Program-made: the position numbers and the translations under genes
The notes under the pieces: generated by a model
What the model was told of the DNA's origin: nothing
Databases searched by the model: none
What the model saw: the letters and a program-made list of their open reading frames with translations, nothing else
Assembly (NCBI GenBank): GCA_963803805.1
Contig: CAWDOD010000004.1
Location: forward strand, 464,839-528,838
Direction of reading: 5' to 3'
Length of the DNA: 64,000 nt
Origin: an uncultured cyanobacterium
Lineage (GTDB): Bacteria > Cyanobacteriota > Cyanobacteriia > Cyanobacteriales > CAWCAG01
Shown: positions 1 to 9,512 of the stretch, one piece after another
Layout: the number at the start of each line of letters is the position of its first letter
Numbering within the stretch: position 1 is the first letter of the stretch

Positions 1-1488
1 GAGTAGTGCGTTGGGCGACACGCTCTTCTAATTCGCTAGTATAGCTCTGGATTTGCTGATACAAACGGGCTTGGTTAAGAGATATCGCTACTAGGTTACT
101 TACTTCACTAGCAATGTCTATTTGCTCAGAAGTGATTTTTTCTGGCTGTTCTAACCATAGTTTGAGAATACCCAAGGTTTCGTCTCCCACTTGTAAAGGA
201 AAGCCGATAAATTTATTAACTCCTTGAGTTTCTAAGCTAGACATTTCCGGGGAAGAGAAGAGAGAAACCTCTCCAGAGGCATAACTTGCTCCTTTTTGAA
301 ACTGCTCAATCATGGCTCCAAAAACATCAAGATTTTCCTGAAAACCCACCCCAGCTATACTTTCACCACGTCCTTTAGTCATGAGGATTGTTGCAGTTTG
401 CTCCTCAAAGTCAAAAGTAGCGATGGTAACTCGCTGACAGGAGATTAATTGCTCTATACGTTCAATGGCAATAGCAGCAATCTCCGCCGGTTTTTGCGCT
501 GCTAGAATCGCTTTATCAAGTTGGTGTAAGCTTTCTAACCTTGTAATGGTTTGGCGGAGAGATTTTTCTAATTTCTTGCGCTTACTGACATCCTTAGCGA
601 TGGAAATTACCATGCGCCTACCATCAGATAATGTACCTAAAGGGGCTGAACTAAAATCCCAGACACGAGTTTTCCCTCTGGCAGTATTAATGGTAAATTC
701 CCCTTCATTCACCCTGCGTTTTAAGTCGTAGAGTTGATTGATTGTTGTTTGTACAGTTTCTTGTTTTTTGCCGTAGGCTTTTTCTACCCATTTGCCAATG
801 GTGGGGATGTCGGCCAAAGTATAACCTGTCAAATCTATCCAAGCTTGGTTAATTTGCAAAACTGTACCATCTTCAGCATGGATAACAATGGGGTAGGGGG
901 CATTCATAATCGCCCGACTTAAACGGGCTTCGCTTTCTTGTAGTGCTTTCCTAATGGCGATGCGATCGCTAATATCTTCGATTACGGAAATAAAATACTT
1001 AGGTTTCCCAGTTAAATCTCGGAAAAGGGAGACTGTTAGATCAATCCAAATAATTGAGCCATCTTTGCTAATGTAGCGTTTCTCCATAGAGTAATTGCTA
1101 ATTTCCCCTGCTAACATTTGTTTCACATAACCTAAATCTGCGGCTAAATCTTGGGGATAAGTAACCTCTTGAAAAGTTTTCTCTAGTAATTCTTCGCGGC
1201 TGTAACCAATGATGCGACACATTTTCTCATTAACCCGCAACCAGCGCCCATCTAAGCCCACGTGGGCAATACCAACAGCCGCTTGTTCAAAGGTACTCCG
1301 GAACCTTTCTTCACTTTCAGTGAGGGCAAGATCACTTTTTTGGGAATCCACCTTTTCTCGATGAATATTTGATTCCTGAAGTTGAGTTAGGGTGATGTTC
1401 TGCCATCGCAGTTTAAGAGCAAGATAGATGACTAAAATGATTAATAGGACAATAACAACGCTAGCAAAGATCACAAAAAAAGTGCCAT
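1..1488 (-). CDS. Membrane-anchored PAS/PAS/GAF sensor protein (probable histidine kinase or diguanylate cyclase); 3' end lies beyond the window
   Basis: Absent from the ORF track because it runs off the edge. Manual translation from GTG at 1474 gives a TM segment VIFASVVIVLLIILVIYLAL, PAS ESEERFRSTFEQAAVGIAHVGLDGRWLRVNEKMCRIIGYS...EDISDR, a second PAS and a GAF-like region. ATG at 1488 would be in frame with one more T in the T7 run. Confidence 0.85.
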
Positions 1489-1491
1489 TAG

Positions 1492-1680
1492 TTATGGAGG
1501 AAACTCATACTCTTCAGGATACCGAAATACAGAGGCTAATGACTTCAACATCCAACTACCCTGTCGCCCGTGACTTTCAAAATGATGTTGTACAACCCTC
1601 ACAGGATATTGTTGAGCAATTTCTATAGTGCGATCGCCGCTAAAAGAATCTACAACAATAACATCATCTCTATCAACCAA
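1492..1680 (-). pseudogene. Fragment of a family-2 glycosyltransferase
   Basis: DDVIVVDSFSGDRTIEIAQQYPVRVVQHHFESHGRQ is a GT2 N-terminal segment; both ends of the protein are missing. Confidence 0.75.
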
Positions 1681-1836
1681 AATTCCTAAATCTTAAATCC
1701 GAAGCTTCCTTTTAGTTTAAAAAACCTTTGTTGGCACTTGGGTATGAATTAGGGTTTACATTTGTTTTCAGGGATAATCAAGAAATCACAGAAAATTTGT
1801 AAGCAATATAACTTATTAGTTATTAGTTGAGAATAA

Positions 1837-2842
1837 ATGCAGTTCATAGATCGAGCAGAAATAGAAGTAGAAGCTGGTAAAGGCGGCAATGGTATAGTCG
1901 CCTTTCGCCGGGAAAAATACGTCCCCGCAGGAGGTCCTGCAGGGGGTAATGGGGGGCGAGGTGGTTCAATTTTCTTCAAAGCAGTAGAAAATTTGCAAAC
2001 TCTGTTGGACTTTAAATATGCTCGTCATTTTAAAGCAGATGATGGTAAGCGAGGAGGGCCAAATAATCGTACCGGGGCATCAGGGGATGACTTAATTGTG
2101 GAAGTTCCTTGCGGTACAGTAATTTATGAGCTTGAGAGTGGAGAATTATTAGCAGATTTAGTTACCCCTCAACAAACCTTTTGCGCTGTCAAAGGAGGCA
2201 AAGGAGGCTTAGGAAATCAACATTTCTTAAGTAACAGCAATAGAGCGCCGGAATATGCCTTACCTGGTTTGCCAGGGGAGATTAAAAGTCTGCGCTTAGA
2301 ATTAAAACTACTAGCAGAAGTGGGCATAATTGGCTTACCTAATGCGGGTAAGTCTACCTTGATTGCGGCCCTTTTCAGCAGCCCGTCCCAAAATAGCCGA
2401 TTATCCCTTCACCACTTTAATACCTAACTTAGGTGTAGTTCGTAAACCGACTGGGGATGGTACTGTATTTGCAGATATTCCTGGTTTAATTGAGGGCGCT
2501 CATACAGGAGTAGGATTGGGTCATGACTTTCTACGCCATATCGAACGTACTCGTCTTTTATTGCACCTAATTGATCTTACTGCAAGCGACCCCATTGCTG
2601 ATTATCAAACTATTCAAGCAGAACTAAAAGCTTACGGCCACAGTTTAGCTGCTCGACAGCAAATTATTGGTTTAAATAAGTTGGATGCAGTAGACAAAGA
2701 AACCTACACCCTAATTGCCGAAGAAGTTTCGCAATTAACGGCTGCACCCATTTTTGGTGTTTCTGCGGTGGCAGGAATTGGGCTTGATGCTTTGTTGCAA
2801 AAGATTTGGCAAACTTTAGATGATTTGCCGGATACTCAATAG
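1837..2842 (+). CDS. obgE: GTPase ObgE/CgtA, split by a one-base frameshift near 2372-2375 (probable sequencing error)
   Basis: [37 protein letters not shown] and G1 GLPNAGKST in ORF 1837-2427; [15 protein letters not shown] and NKLD in ORF 2363-2842. Removing one T from CTTTTCA restores ...AALSAARPK. Confidence 0.95.
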
Positions 2843-3037
2843 TTTTTCCGGGACAACTACTTGATTTGCTTGGAAAAGGGCAAGTGTTATTTCTTTAGAC
2901 AGTTAAGAGTCAGACAAAAATTATTTCTTCTGGCATAGAAAGCAAACTTAAGCCCAAGACATTTTTCGCTATATATAAAGATTGCTTTCGGTCAGTTTAC
3001 AGGGAAAATTAGTTTGTGAAGTTTGCAAAAATGTCGA

Positions 3038-3559
3038 ATGAATAAAATGAATAAAATAATTTCAGCTTACAAACGTCTAGGATTGGCTCGGATTTTGAGC
3101 GTTTTCCTCGCAGGAGTCTTTTTATTGATCACTACAGCTTGCGGGGATTCATCTTCTCTTAATGCTTCACCAGGAAATACAGATAAGGTAATTCCTAACC
3201 AAACTGAACTTTATGACACTATTCAACCTCGTGAAGGGGGAATGAATCAATATAGCGATACCGATCCTCGCCAAAACACCTCTGGGGTAAAAGCTAAGTC
3301 AAAAGCAGCTATGGACAAAGCAAAAAGCAATCTCAACAGATCAGAAAACCCTCAAGAATTTGCCGAAAGTTTTAAAAAAGGTGAACCAATAGGAGAAAGA
3401 GTTGAAAACTTCGGTGAGGATGTAGGTAGTTCGGTTAAAGATTTCTCAAGCAATGTTTCCGAAGGTGCGAAAAAGAATTTTGAAAATCTGCAAGAAAATA
3501 TTAAATCAGCCCCAGAATCTTTGAGTGAGAAAGCTAAGGTACTTAAAGAGAATATGTAA
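3038..3559 (+). CDS. Cyanobacterial lipoprotein-like hypothetical protein (DUF6658-like)
   Basis: Hydrophobic signal ending LITTAC, GGMNQYSDTDPR motif and an LEA-like helical C-terminus. Confidence 0.6.
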   Translation: MNKMNKIISAYKRLGLARILSVFLAGVFLLITTACGDSSSLNASPGNTDKVIPNQTELYDTIQPREGGMNQYSDTDPRQNTSGVKAKSKAAMDKAKSNLNRSENPQEFAESFKKGEPIGERVENFGEDVGSSVKDFSSNVSEGAKKNFENLQENIKSAPESLSEKAKVLKENM

Positions 3560-3644
3560 GTCTAATCGATAGGTAAAGGGTAAAGGAACATTTTTAACTA
3601 CAAAAACTATCCTTTAACTTGCCTAGACATACTAGCTAATTTTC

Positions 3645-3809
3645 TGGCGTTGCTGAATTAAAGTTATGAATTGCTTTTGTTGACTATAATTAATGCCCCC
3701 TAAATCCCCCAATTTAGGGGACTTTGAGTTTTGGGGGACTTGAAATTCTTTTCTCCCCCCAGATTCCGAGGGCAGGGGGACAGAGTTATCTCGACGATCA
3801 GCAGTGCCA
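3645..3809. repeat. MITE-like cyanobacterial dispersed repeat
   Basis: Imperfect terminal inverted repeats TGGCGTTGCTGA / TCAGCAGTGCCA enclosing CCCCCTAAATCCCCCAATTTAGGGGACTT stem-loops. Confidence 0.6.
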
Positions 3810-3817
3810 TTTTTTTT

Positions 3818-3854
3818 TAATGTAGAGATATTTCTTAGAAATATCTCTACATTA
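3818..3854. terminator. Perfect 18-bp-arm palindrome between convergent genes; probable bidirectional terminator or REP-like element
   Basis: TAATGTAGAGATATTTCT-T-AGAAATATCTCTACATTA. Confidence 0.6.
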
Positions 3855-3895
3855 TTTTGTTTACTAATGGATAATTATCTATTGATAAAGCCCCT

Positions 3896-5908
3896 CTACA
3901 AATCGCACCAATTCACTTCTTGCCCATTTTCAGTAATGCAGCCATCCTTAATCTTTAACTCCCTACCTAAAAATGTCGTTAAGCTGAAGCTAGGACGAAC
4001 ATTTACTGGATAAATTTCGTAGGCTAAAGATTGTTCTAGCAAAATGCCAATAGCTACTTTTTCCCCCATCACCAGGCTGTCGATATAGTCGGTGTAGTAA
4101 TGTACCCCAGCCATATTTCGCCCCATGGAGATGTTGGCAGCAAGCTTGTTTAACTCATTCCCTACTGTTAAGGGTGTTTGTCCTAAATTCGTCGCTTCTC
4201 CCAGTTGCTTTCCCTCAGATACATAGGCAAGGGGTAGATCACTATCCTTCTGATACTTATCACGAGGAATAATTGCTAAATTTCCCTCACGCTTCACCAA
4301 CAAAGCATCAGTATCAAAAAAGGCTTTAAGCATAGTCACACAAGCCCCTGCAACGGTAGCGTGTCCTGCACCATAGGATGGGTGCATTGGTGAACCTTCC
4401 GGGAAAGCCATGGGTAGTAAGGCGGTTTTATCTCCTATATTCTCATTAGGATGCTTGAGATATTTTCGCAGGTCATTCTTTTTCTCACTATTCTGCTCAC
4501 CATTGTGTTCTTTGATAAGTTCGAGAAGGTTAATGCCTCCTTGGAGGGTATTGAGAACATCATATGTCTGCTGTAATTCCTCAATCCCTGTAATTTTGTT
4601 CAAGTTAATTGCTTCCATCCAACCCCCAAGGGCCTCTGGACGCTGGCGACAGTGGACGTTAAACTTTTGATACCGTACTGCTTTCAGGGCGCGAGTTGCT
4701 ACTTCTGTAACTAAGTTAAGAATGTGGGGACCACCAAACAAAGCGAAGCCATCAACTCTACCCAAACCACTAGCACTCTTTTGTTTAGCTTGGTCTGAGA
4801 AAATATTACTAAGCTGTAAAATGCCTGGCTCGAAGGGTGCTTTGTGGCCTAGAAGAATTAAACAAGCATTGAGATAAGCTTCGTAGAGAGCATCAAAGTG
4901 AACGTAGGTTGCGAGATCCCGCAGGGTAGTTATAAAGCGTTTATCCTGCTCAAATTTATCAAACCCCTTCAAATTGGCCCCATCTTGAACATCAAGAAAA
5001 ACATCCCAGGTAGTCAGGTGATCCAGCCCTGAAAAGGCGAGAATGACCTTTTGCTCAACTTTTACTGCACCATAGTCAATTAATCCCTTTGTAATATTTT
5101 CCTGGCTATTTTCAGGCCCAGGAGTACCAATAAGAAGAAACTGGGATAAATAAGGGCCAATTAAATCCCCTGATGTAGCACCTCGGAAAATAGTTTGCTC
5201 ATCTAAGTACTTCTGAGAATTCAATTGGCGTTTACGTCGTTTTAAGCCCGGTGCAGTGGGCATCTCGTTTTGCATCCAGGGTAAGGAATTGAGGTGTTGG
5301 ATCGCCTTTTGAACCTTGTCGTTACCAGTTCCTTTTTGCAACTCACTAAAATAAACATCCCGTAAAAGAGCTAGCCAGTAAACCTCTGCCATTTCAAAAG
5401 TGAGTTGCTCTGAACCCAATTTTGGGGCTGGGGGCATGGTGACGCTGTGGCTGTCGGGGCCGTGCATTTCAAAGGTTAAGCCTGCTGAGGAAGTTTCCCA
5501 ACCTCGTTTTTTGACACGATCCTCAACACTTCGCCAACTAATTTCACCATTGGCTTCTGGGGTTTTACCAAGTTGTAATTGAGGATCATTAAAGAAATCA
5601 CCTTTGTGGGTTGCTACGCGGAAACGTTTAAATTGTTCGGGTTCGACTAAACCGTTTTCCTTATGGGGTAGCCCTTTGGTAAAAGAAGCTACAAACGATT
5701 GGTTTTGGAATTTTGCTTCATCACCGTTGGCTTGGTGTTTAGCCCCACAGTTGGTTAGCCTTATTGCTTGCCACCGTAGCATTTTAACCCTGAGTTCCCG
5801 TAAATGCCTTAGCCCAAAGAAACCACCCAGAAAAAATTTGCGTACTAGGTTTTCTTTTTCTAGCTTCTCTCTGTCCAGGAAATCACTTAACTGATTGCTA
5901 TTATTCAT
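3896..5908 (-). CDS. Vanadium-dependent haloperoxidase (bromoperoxidase type)
   Basis: Vanadate-binding motifs KFNVHCRQRPE, PMHPSYGAGHATVAGA and GRNMAGVHYYTD; FTKGLPH and LRDLATYVHFDALYEAYLNACLIL match the red-algal/cyanobacterial VBPO type. Confidence 0.92.
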   Translation of the reverse strand: MNNSNQLSDFLDREKLEKENLVRKFFLGGFFGLRHLRELRVKMLRWQAIRLTNCGAKHQANGDEAKFQNQSFVASFTKGLPHKENGLVEPEQFKRFRVATHKGDFFNDPQLQLGKTPEANGEISWRSVEDRVKKRGWETSSAGLTFEMHGPDSHSVTMPPAPKLGSEQLTFEMAEVYWLALLRDVYFSELQKGTGNDKVQKAIQHLNSLPWMQNEMPTAPGLKRRKRQLNSQKYLDEQTIFRGATSGDLIGPYLSQFLLIGTPGPENSQENITKGLIDYGAVKVEQKVILAFSGLDHLTTWDVFLDVQDGANLKGFDKFEQDKRFITTLRDLATYVHFDALYEAYLNACLILLGHKAPFEPGILQLSNIFSDQAKQKSASGLGRVDGFALFGGPHILNLVTEVATRALKAVRYQKFNVHCRQRPEALGGWMEAINLNKITGIEELQQTYDVLNTLQGGINLLELIKEHNGEQNSEKKNDLRKYLKHPNENIGDKTALLPMAFPEGSPMHPSYGAGHATVAGACVTMLKAFFDTDALLVKREGNLAIIPRDKYQKDSDLPLAYVSEGKQLGEATNLGQTPLTVGNELNKLAANISMGRNMAGVHYYTDYIDSLVMGEKVAIGILLEQSLAYEIYPVNVRPSFSLTTFLGRELKIKDGCITENGQEVNWCDL

Positions 5909-5959
5909 GATTCGCTTTGTTTAAAAGAATCCAAATGACCCAATAGTAGTAATCACATC

Positions 5960-6029
5960 TTGATGAGCTATATGTGAGTTCACAAGACGCGATATTAATA
6001 TTGCTCATCAACAGGAGTTATGTGAGTTC
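5960..6029. promoter_or_regulatory. Candidate operator upstream of the haloperoxidase
   Basis: 13/14 inverted repeat TTGATGAGCTATAT (5960-5973) / ATATTGCTCATCAA (5998-6011), plus direct repeat TATGTGAGTTC at 5971 and 6019. Confidence 0.35.
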
Positions 6030-6082
6030 CGGGGTGGATATTAGAAGCAACATAAATCTTTACTTTTTTGCAAAGATGTGTA

Positions 6083-6739
6083 TTACTCCAAAAAGTTACT
6101 ACTAATCAAATCTACTTGAAATACCTCAGCAAATGCTTCAGCTATATCTTGCTGCACTACCTCAAACTTAATTCCTTGTCTAAACTGAGCTAAACTAGCA
6201 ACTGGTTTGTTGGCAATACCACAGGGAACAATGCGTTCAAAACCCGTAAGATCAGGACAGACGTTAAGGGCAAAACCGTGCATAGTAATCCAGCGACTAA
6301 CTTTAATACCAATAGCCGCCACTTTATTTCCTTCTACCCAAACTCCTGTTAAACCAGGTTCCCGCACTCCAGGAAGCCCGTAATTTTTTAAGACTGTGAT
6401 AATTACTTCTTCTAATTGGCGTAAATACCAATGCAAATCCTGCTGATAGTAACGCAGATTAAGAATAGGATAACCGACTAGTTGCCCTGGACAGTGGTAG
6501 GTAACTTCTCCTCCTCGCTCGATACGATGAACTTCCCAATTGCTATAGTGAGGGGAAAATTTGAGAAAATCTAATTTAGCTCCTTTGCCCAAGGTATAAA
6601 CGGGGGGATGCTCTAACAATATAAGTACATCATTAAGGTTAGGGTTTTCTTTTCTTTGGGCAACTAAGGCAAGTTGTTCTTGCCAAGCAGTTTTATAGGC
6701 TGTTAAGCCTCGATTATATAGCACACATTGCCTGTTCAA
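6083..6739 (-). CDS. lipB: Lipoyl(octanoyl) transferase LipB (start uncertain; frame open to 6895)
   Basis: [42 protein letters not shown]. Confidence 0.95.
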   Translation of the reverse strand: MNRQCVLYNRGLTAYKTAWQEQLALVAQRKENPNLNDVLILLEHPPVYTLGKGAKLDFLKFSPHYSNWEVHRIERGGEVTYHCPGQLVGYPILNLRYYQQDLHWYLRQLEEVIITVLKNYGLPGVREPGLTGVWVEGNKVAAIGIKVSRWITMHGFALNVCPDLTGFERIVPCGIANKPVASLAQFRQGIKFEVVQQDIAEAFAEVFQVDLISSNFLE

Positions 6740-7232
6740 TTCAACAGCATTTATAGCTTTTACCTGGGAATTTAGTTTAAAAAATGTCAAGGGATGCAAA
6801 GGATAATAAAGAGTATTTCCGGAAAATATGCTTTCATCTATACAAAGTGTTAAGCTAAGGTTATAGAGCAAGTTGTCAAGGAGGAAACTTCTCAAATCTC
6901 ACTCCAAAGCTTAGCCAGAGTATAGCTGAAGAAGAACTATCTTTTTAGTTTAAACGCACATATTGCACATATACATTCAAAGTCCTTTTTCAGACAAAAT
7001 CATCTCACAGCCTAGTAAGAGTAGTAAAGTTGAGCTTTGTTGTCAAGATTTAGAGACAATTTTTATCTTCAATAAATGTTTCAATTAACCAATTTTCTTA
7101 GTTGGGGAAAGATATAGGCTTTATACCATATCAATGGCAAAGATTTAATTGAGTATCTCCAGCTTAAAAAGGAGACAGTTTTCTTCTTTGCTGCCAACAG
7201 AAAACTTAGCAGAACGAAATGGAGTATCCAAT

Positions 7233-7898
7233 ATGAAGCTTTTAATCCAGGGCAATAATATTGTAGTCACCGATGCAATTCGTGAGTATGTTAATACCAA
7301 GTTAGAAAAATCTGTTCGACACTTTCAAAATATCACCAGTACTATTGATGTACACTTATCGGTAGGACGCAATCCCCGGATCACAGGCAGACAAAAAGCA
7401 GAGGTTACAGTTCATGCTAATGGTACTGTCATACGCGCTCAGGAGAGTAGCGAAGATTTGTACGCTAGCATTGATTTGGTTTCTGATAAAATAGCCCGTC
7501 AGCTACGCAAGTATAAAGAAAAACATTTGCATAATAAGACTCATGCCCAACCTAAAACTGGGGTTATGATTGAAGATGAGCCAGTGGTAGGAGATTTAGT
7601 GGGCGATCGCACCCCTGAATTACCTAGTGAGGTGGTACGGACAAAATACTTCACTATGCCACCAATGAGTATAGAGGAGGCTTTAGGCAATTTACAGTTA
7701 GTTGACCACGATTTCTATATGTTCTGCAACGAAGAAACAGGACAAATCAATGTTATTTACCAACGCAATCATGGTGGTTATGGTGTGATTATACCCCGCC
7801 CTAGTAATAGTGAAAGCAATGGTAAGAATGGTAGTAATGGCCATGTTAAAGAAGCAGACTATGAATCATTAGAGGCATATCCTGCTGCCCAGGTTTAG
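7233..7898 (+). CDS. hpf: Ribosome hibernation promoting factor, long form (LrtA)
   Basis: [43 protein letters not shown] and C-terminal [22 protein letters not shown] upstream of ATG 7233. Confidence 0.95.
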   Translation: MKLLIQGNNIVVTDAIREYVNTKLEKSVRHFQNITSTIDVHLSVGRNPRITGRQKAEVTVHANGTVIRAQESSEDLYASIDLVSDKIARQLRKYKEKHLHNKTHAQPKTGVMIEDEPVVGDLVGDRTPELPSEVVRTKYFTMPPMSIEEALGNLQLVDHDFYMFCNEETGQINVIYQRNHGGYGVIIPRPSNSESNGKNGSNGHVKEADYESLEAYPAAQV

Positions 7899-7935
7899 GA
7901 TTTAGGGTAGTAGCGGCAGTGGGGGAAAGAAGTTG

Positions 7936-8955
7936 TTAGTTTTCTCGAATAATTAGAGTATACTTTCCCTTACTGCCGGACTCATAACTATTAACAATAA
8001 TGCGATAGGTATCTTCTTTTGGTAAAGTAATCGTTAGCCGAGAATTTTTATTTTCGTTGCTAATATCGTCATTTTCGCCGATTACCTGATTATCAGAATT
8101 AACTATAGCTAAATAAGCATCAAAGTCTTCGCTTTTTAAGGAAATAGTTATTGATTGGGCTGTAGTTCCTAGAAAAGGATAACTATCATATAAACTGCTA
8201 TCTGAACTAAGAGCGTTATCTCCTTCTTCTAAAGCTCCTTCTTTTACCATTAAAGGTAGGGAATCTTCATAGCTTTGGGCATAAGCGATCGCACAGAGAT
8301 TGCCAAAAACAGAATGAACATCACAAGCAACTCCTGTGGCACTGTAGTTTGGTTCAAGGATATTTTGTCGATGGATGCGGTTAGGAATACCATCATCAAT
8401 AACCATCAACATAACAATATCCTGAGCGGAACTACCGCCGTAACTAATATTTTCTCCTCGCTTTCCTGTGACAATACCGTAGAGGGTAATCTTTTCCTCA
8501 AGTTTAATAGAATCCCTAGGTATCCCCTGATTCGTACTAATCCCTTCTTTTACCAAATCCTTTGCTGCCATAGACATACCGTCAAACGTTGTTAAAGGCG
8601 GCAGAGGTTGCCTTTGGCGTAGTACGGTAATTGCTTCATCTAAAGCACTAACCCCTTCTTTTGTTAAGACGATAGTACGACCAGGTATTCTTAATAAAGT
8701 ATCGCTGTAATATTGTCTCATCTCCTCTAGCTGATCAGCATAAGCAGCCGGGTTTGTTCGTACCTGGTTAATTTGGGCAATAATTTCTTGCTCCAAAACT
8801 GATTGTATGATGGGGCTGACTCGTGTAGGATTCGGTATTTCGCTTTGTGCTATCACCTCCCTATCTTTTTCATTGGCGAAGGATGATGTAGCGTCGACTC
8901 CACCCCATAACAGGGAACTCACTAACAAGGTTGAAGATATTATTTTTAGCTGCAT
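7936..8955 (-). CDS. Secreted CAP (SCP) domain protein with a C-terminal PPC-like domain
   Basis: Signal peptide; INQVRTNP, GENISYG, DDGIPNRIHRQNIL; C-terminal SEDFDAYL..ENDD..YRIIVNSY..GKYTL. Confidence 0.8.
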   Translation of the reverse strand: MQLKIISSTLLVSSLLWGGVDATSSFANEKDREVIAQSEIPNPTRVSPIIQSVLEQEIIAQINQVRTNPAAYADQLEEMRQYYSDTLLRIPGRTIVLTKEGVSALDEAITVLRQRQPLPPLTTFDGMSMAAKDLVKEGISTNQGIPRDSIKLEEKITLYGIVTGKRGENISYGGSSAQDIVMLMVIDDGIPNRIHRQNILEPNYSATGVACDVHSVFGNLCAIAYAQSYEDSLPLMVKEGALEEGDNALSSDSSLYDSYPFLGTTAQSITISLKSEDFDAYLAIVNSDNQVIGENDDISNENKNSRLTITLPKEDTYRIIVNSYESGSKGKYTLIIREN

Positions 8956-9054
8956 AGTTAATTTTAGTGATCCTCAAGGTTAAGCCATTATAAAAGAAAA
9001 TTCCCGAATCTTCCTAGTGAAAAGCAAATTATTTAGAAATGTATCAATGGCTTA

Positions 9055-9109
9055 TTGCTATTAAATATCAATATGCTATCCTAAGCTTATTGTGAATAAT
9101 TACTATCAA
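9055..9109 (+). promoter_or_regulatory. Two Fur-box-like 7-1-7 sites upstream of the small peptide gene
   Basis: TGCTATT-A-AATATCA (9056-9070) and GAATAAT-T-ACTATCA (9094-9108) each match 11/14 positions of TGATAAT-N-ATTATCA. The AT-rich background weakens significance. Confidence 0.45.
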
Positions 9110-9119
9110 GAGGTGCATC

Positions 9120-9257
9120 ATGACAGTCAAATCCCAGCCAGTAAAACAGAGTAAGATTGAGATTGAAGTCAAAAATCTTGCCCCGGAAACTAATACAGAT
9201 ACCACCGTTAAAGGTTATCAAAGTGGAGCCTTTGATGGGGATGATGGCTCTGATTAG
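9120..9257 (+). CDS. 45-aa small peptide, candidate RiPP precursor: MTVKSQPVKQSKIEIEVKNLAPETNTDTTVKGYQSGAFDGDDGSD
   Basis: Below the ORF-track length cutoff; AAGAGGTG RBS just before the ATG; leader-like KIEIEVKNL and an Asp/Gly-rich C-terminus; directly upstream of the JmjC oxygenase. Confidence 0.75.
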   Translation: MTVKSQPVKQSKIEIEVKNLAPETNTDTTVKGYQSGAFDGDDGSD

Positions 9258-9287
9258 TTAAGATACTTTTTAAAATTGGTTTAGATT

Positions 9288-9398
9288 CATATAGCAATTA
9301 TTAGTACCATGAGGTAAGCCTTAGACTCTATTTTTGCTAATAGCTAGTGGCGAATGGCTAATAGAAATGTACCTCCGCAGCTTGGGAATTGCTATATG
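9288..9398. repeat. MITE-like element, family A, copy 1
   Basis: 12-bp terminal IR CATATAGCAATT/AATTGCTATATG, internal ATGAGGTA...TACCTC and GCTA(A/G)TG heptamers; related copies at 24356 and 46427. Confidence 0.7.
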
Positions 9399-9512
9399 TC
9401 TTTTTTGGGGAAGTAAAATTGTTACAATTTTGCTTCCTTCCTTAGTTTAAGTAAAAGAGATAACTTAATCTATTGCTGAAAAAGTATTTATAGCAATCAT
9501 CCAAGAAATAAC

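Noticed and set aside
465-922. Short plus-strand ORFs
   Set aside because: Antisense to the PAS/GAF sensor gene.
2363-2427. Programmed frameshift in obgE
   Set aside because: No slippery heptamer or stimulatory structure seen; a homopolymer sequencing error is the simpler explanation.
3896-9257. Haloperoxidase as a tailoring enzyme for the Tyr in the micropeptide
   Set aside because: It is on the opposite strand, about 3 kb away and separated by lipB, hpf and a CAP gene; there is no evidence of linkage.
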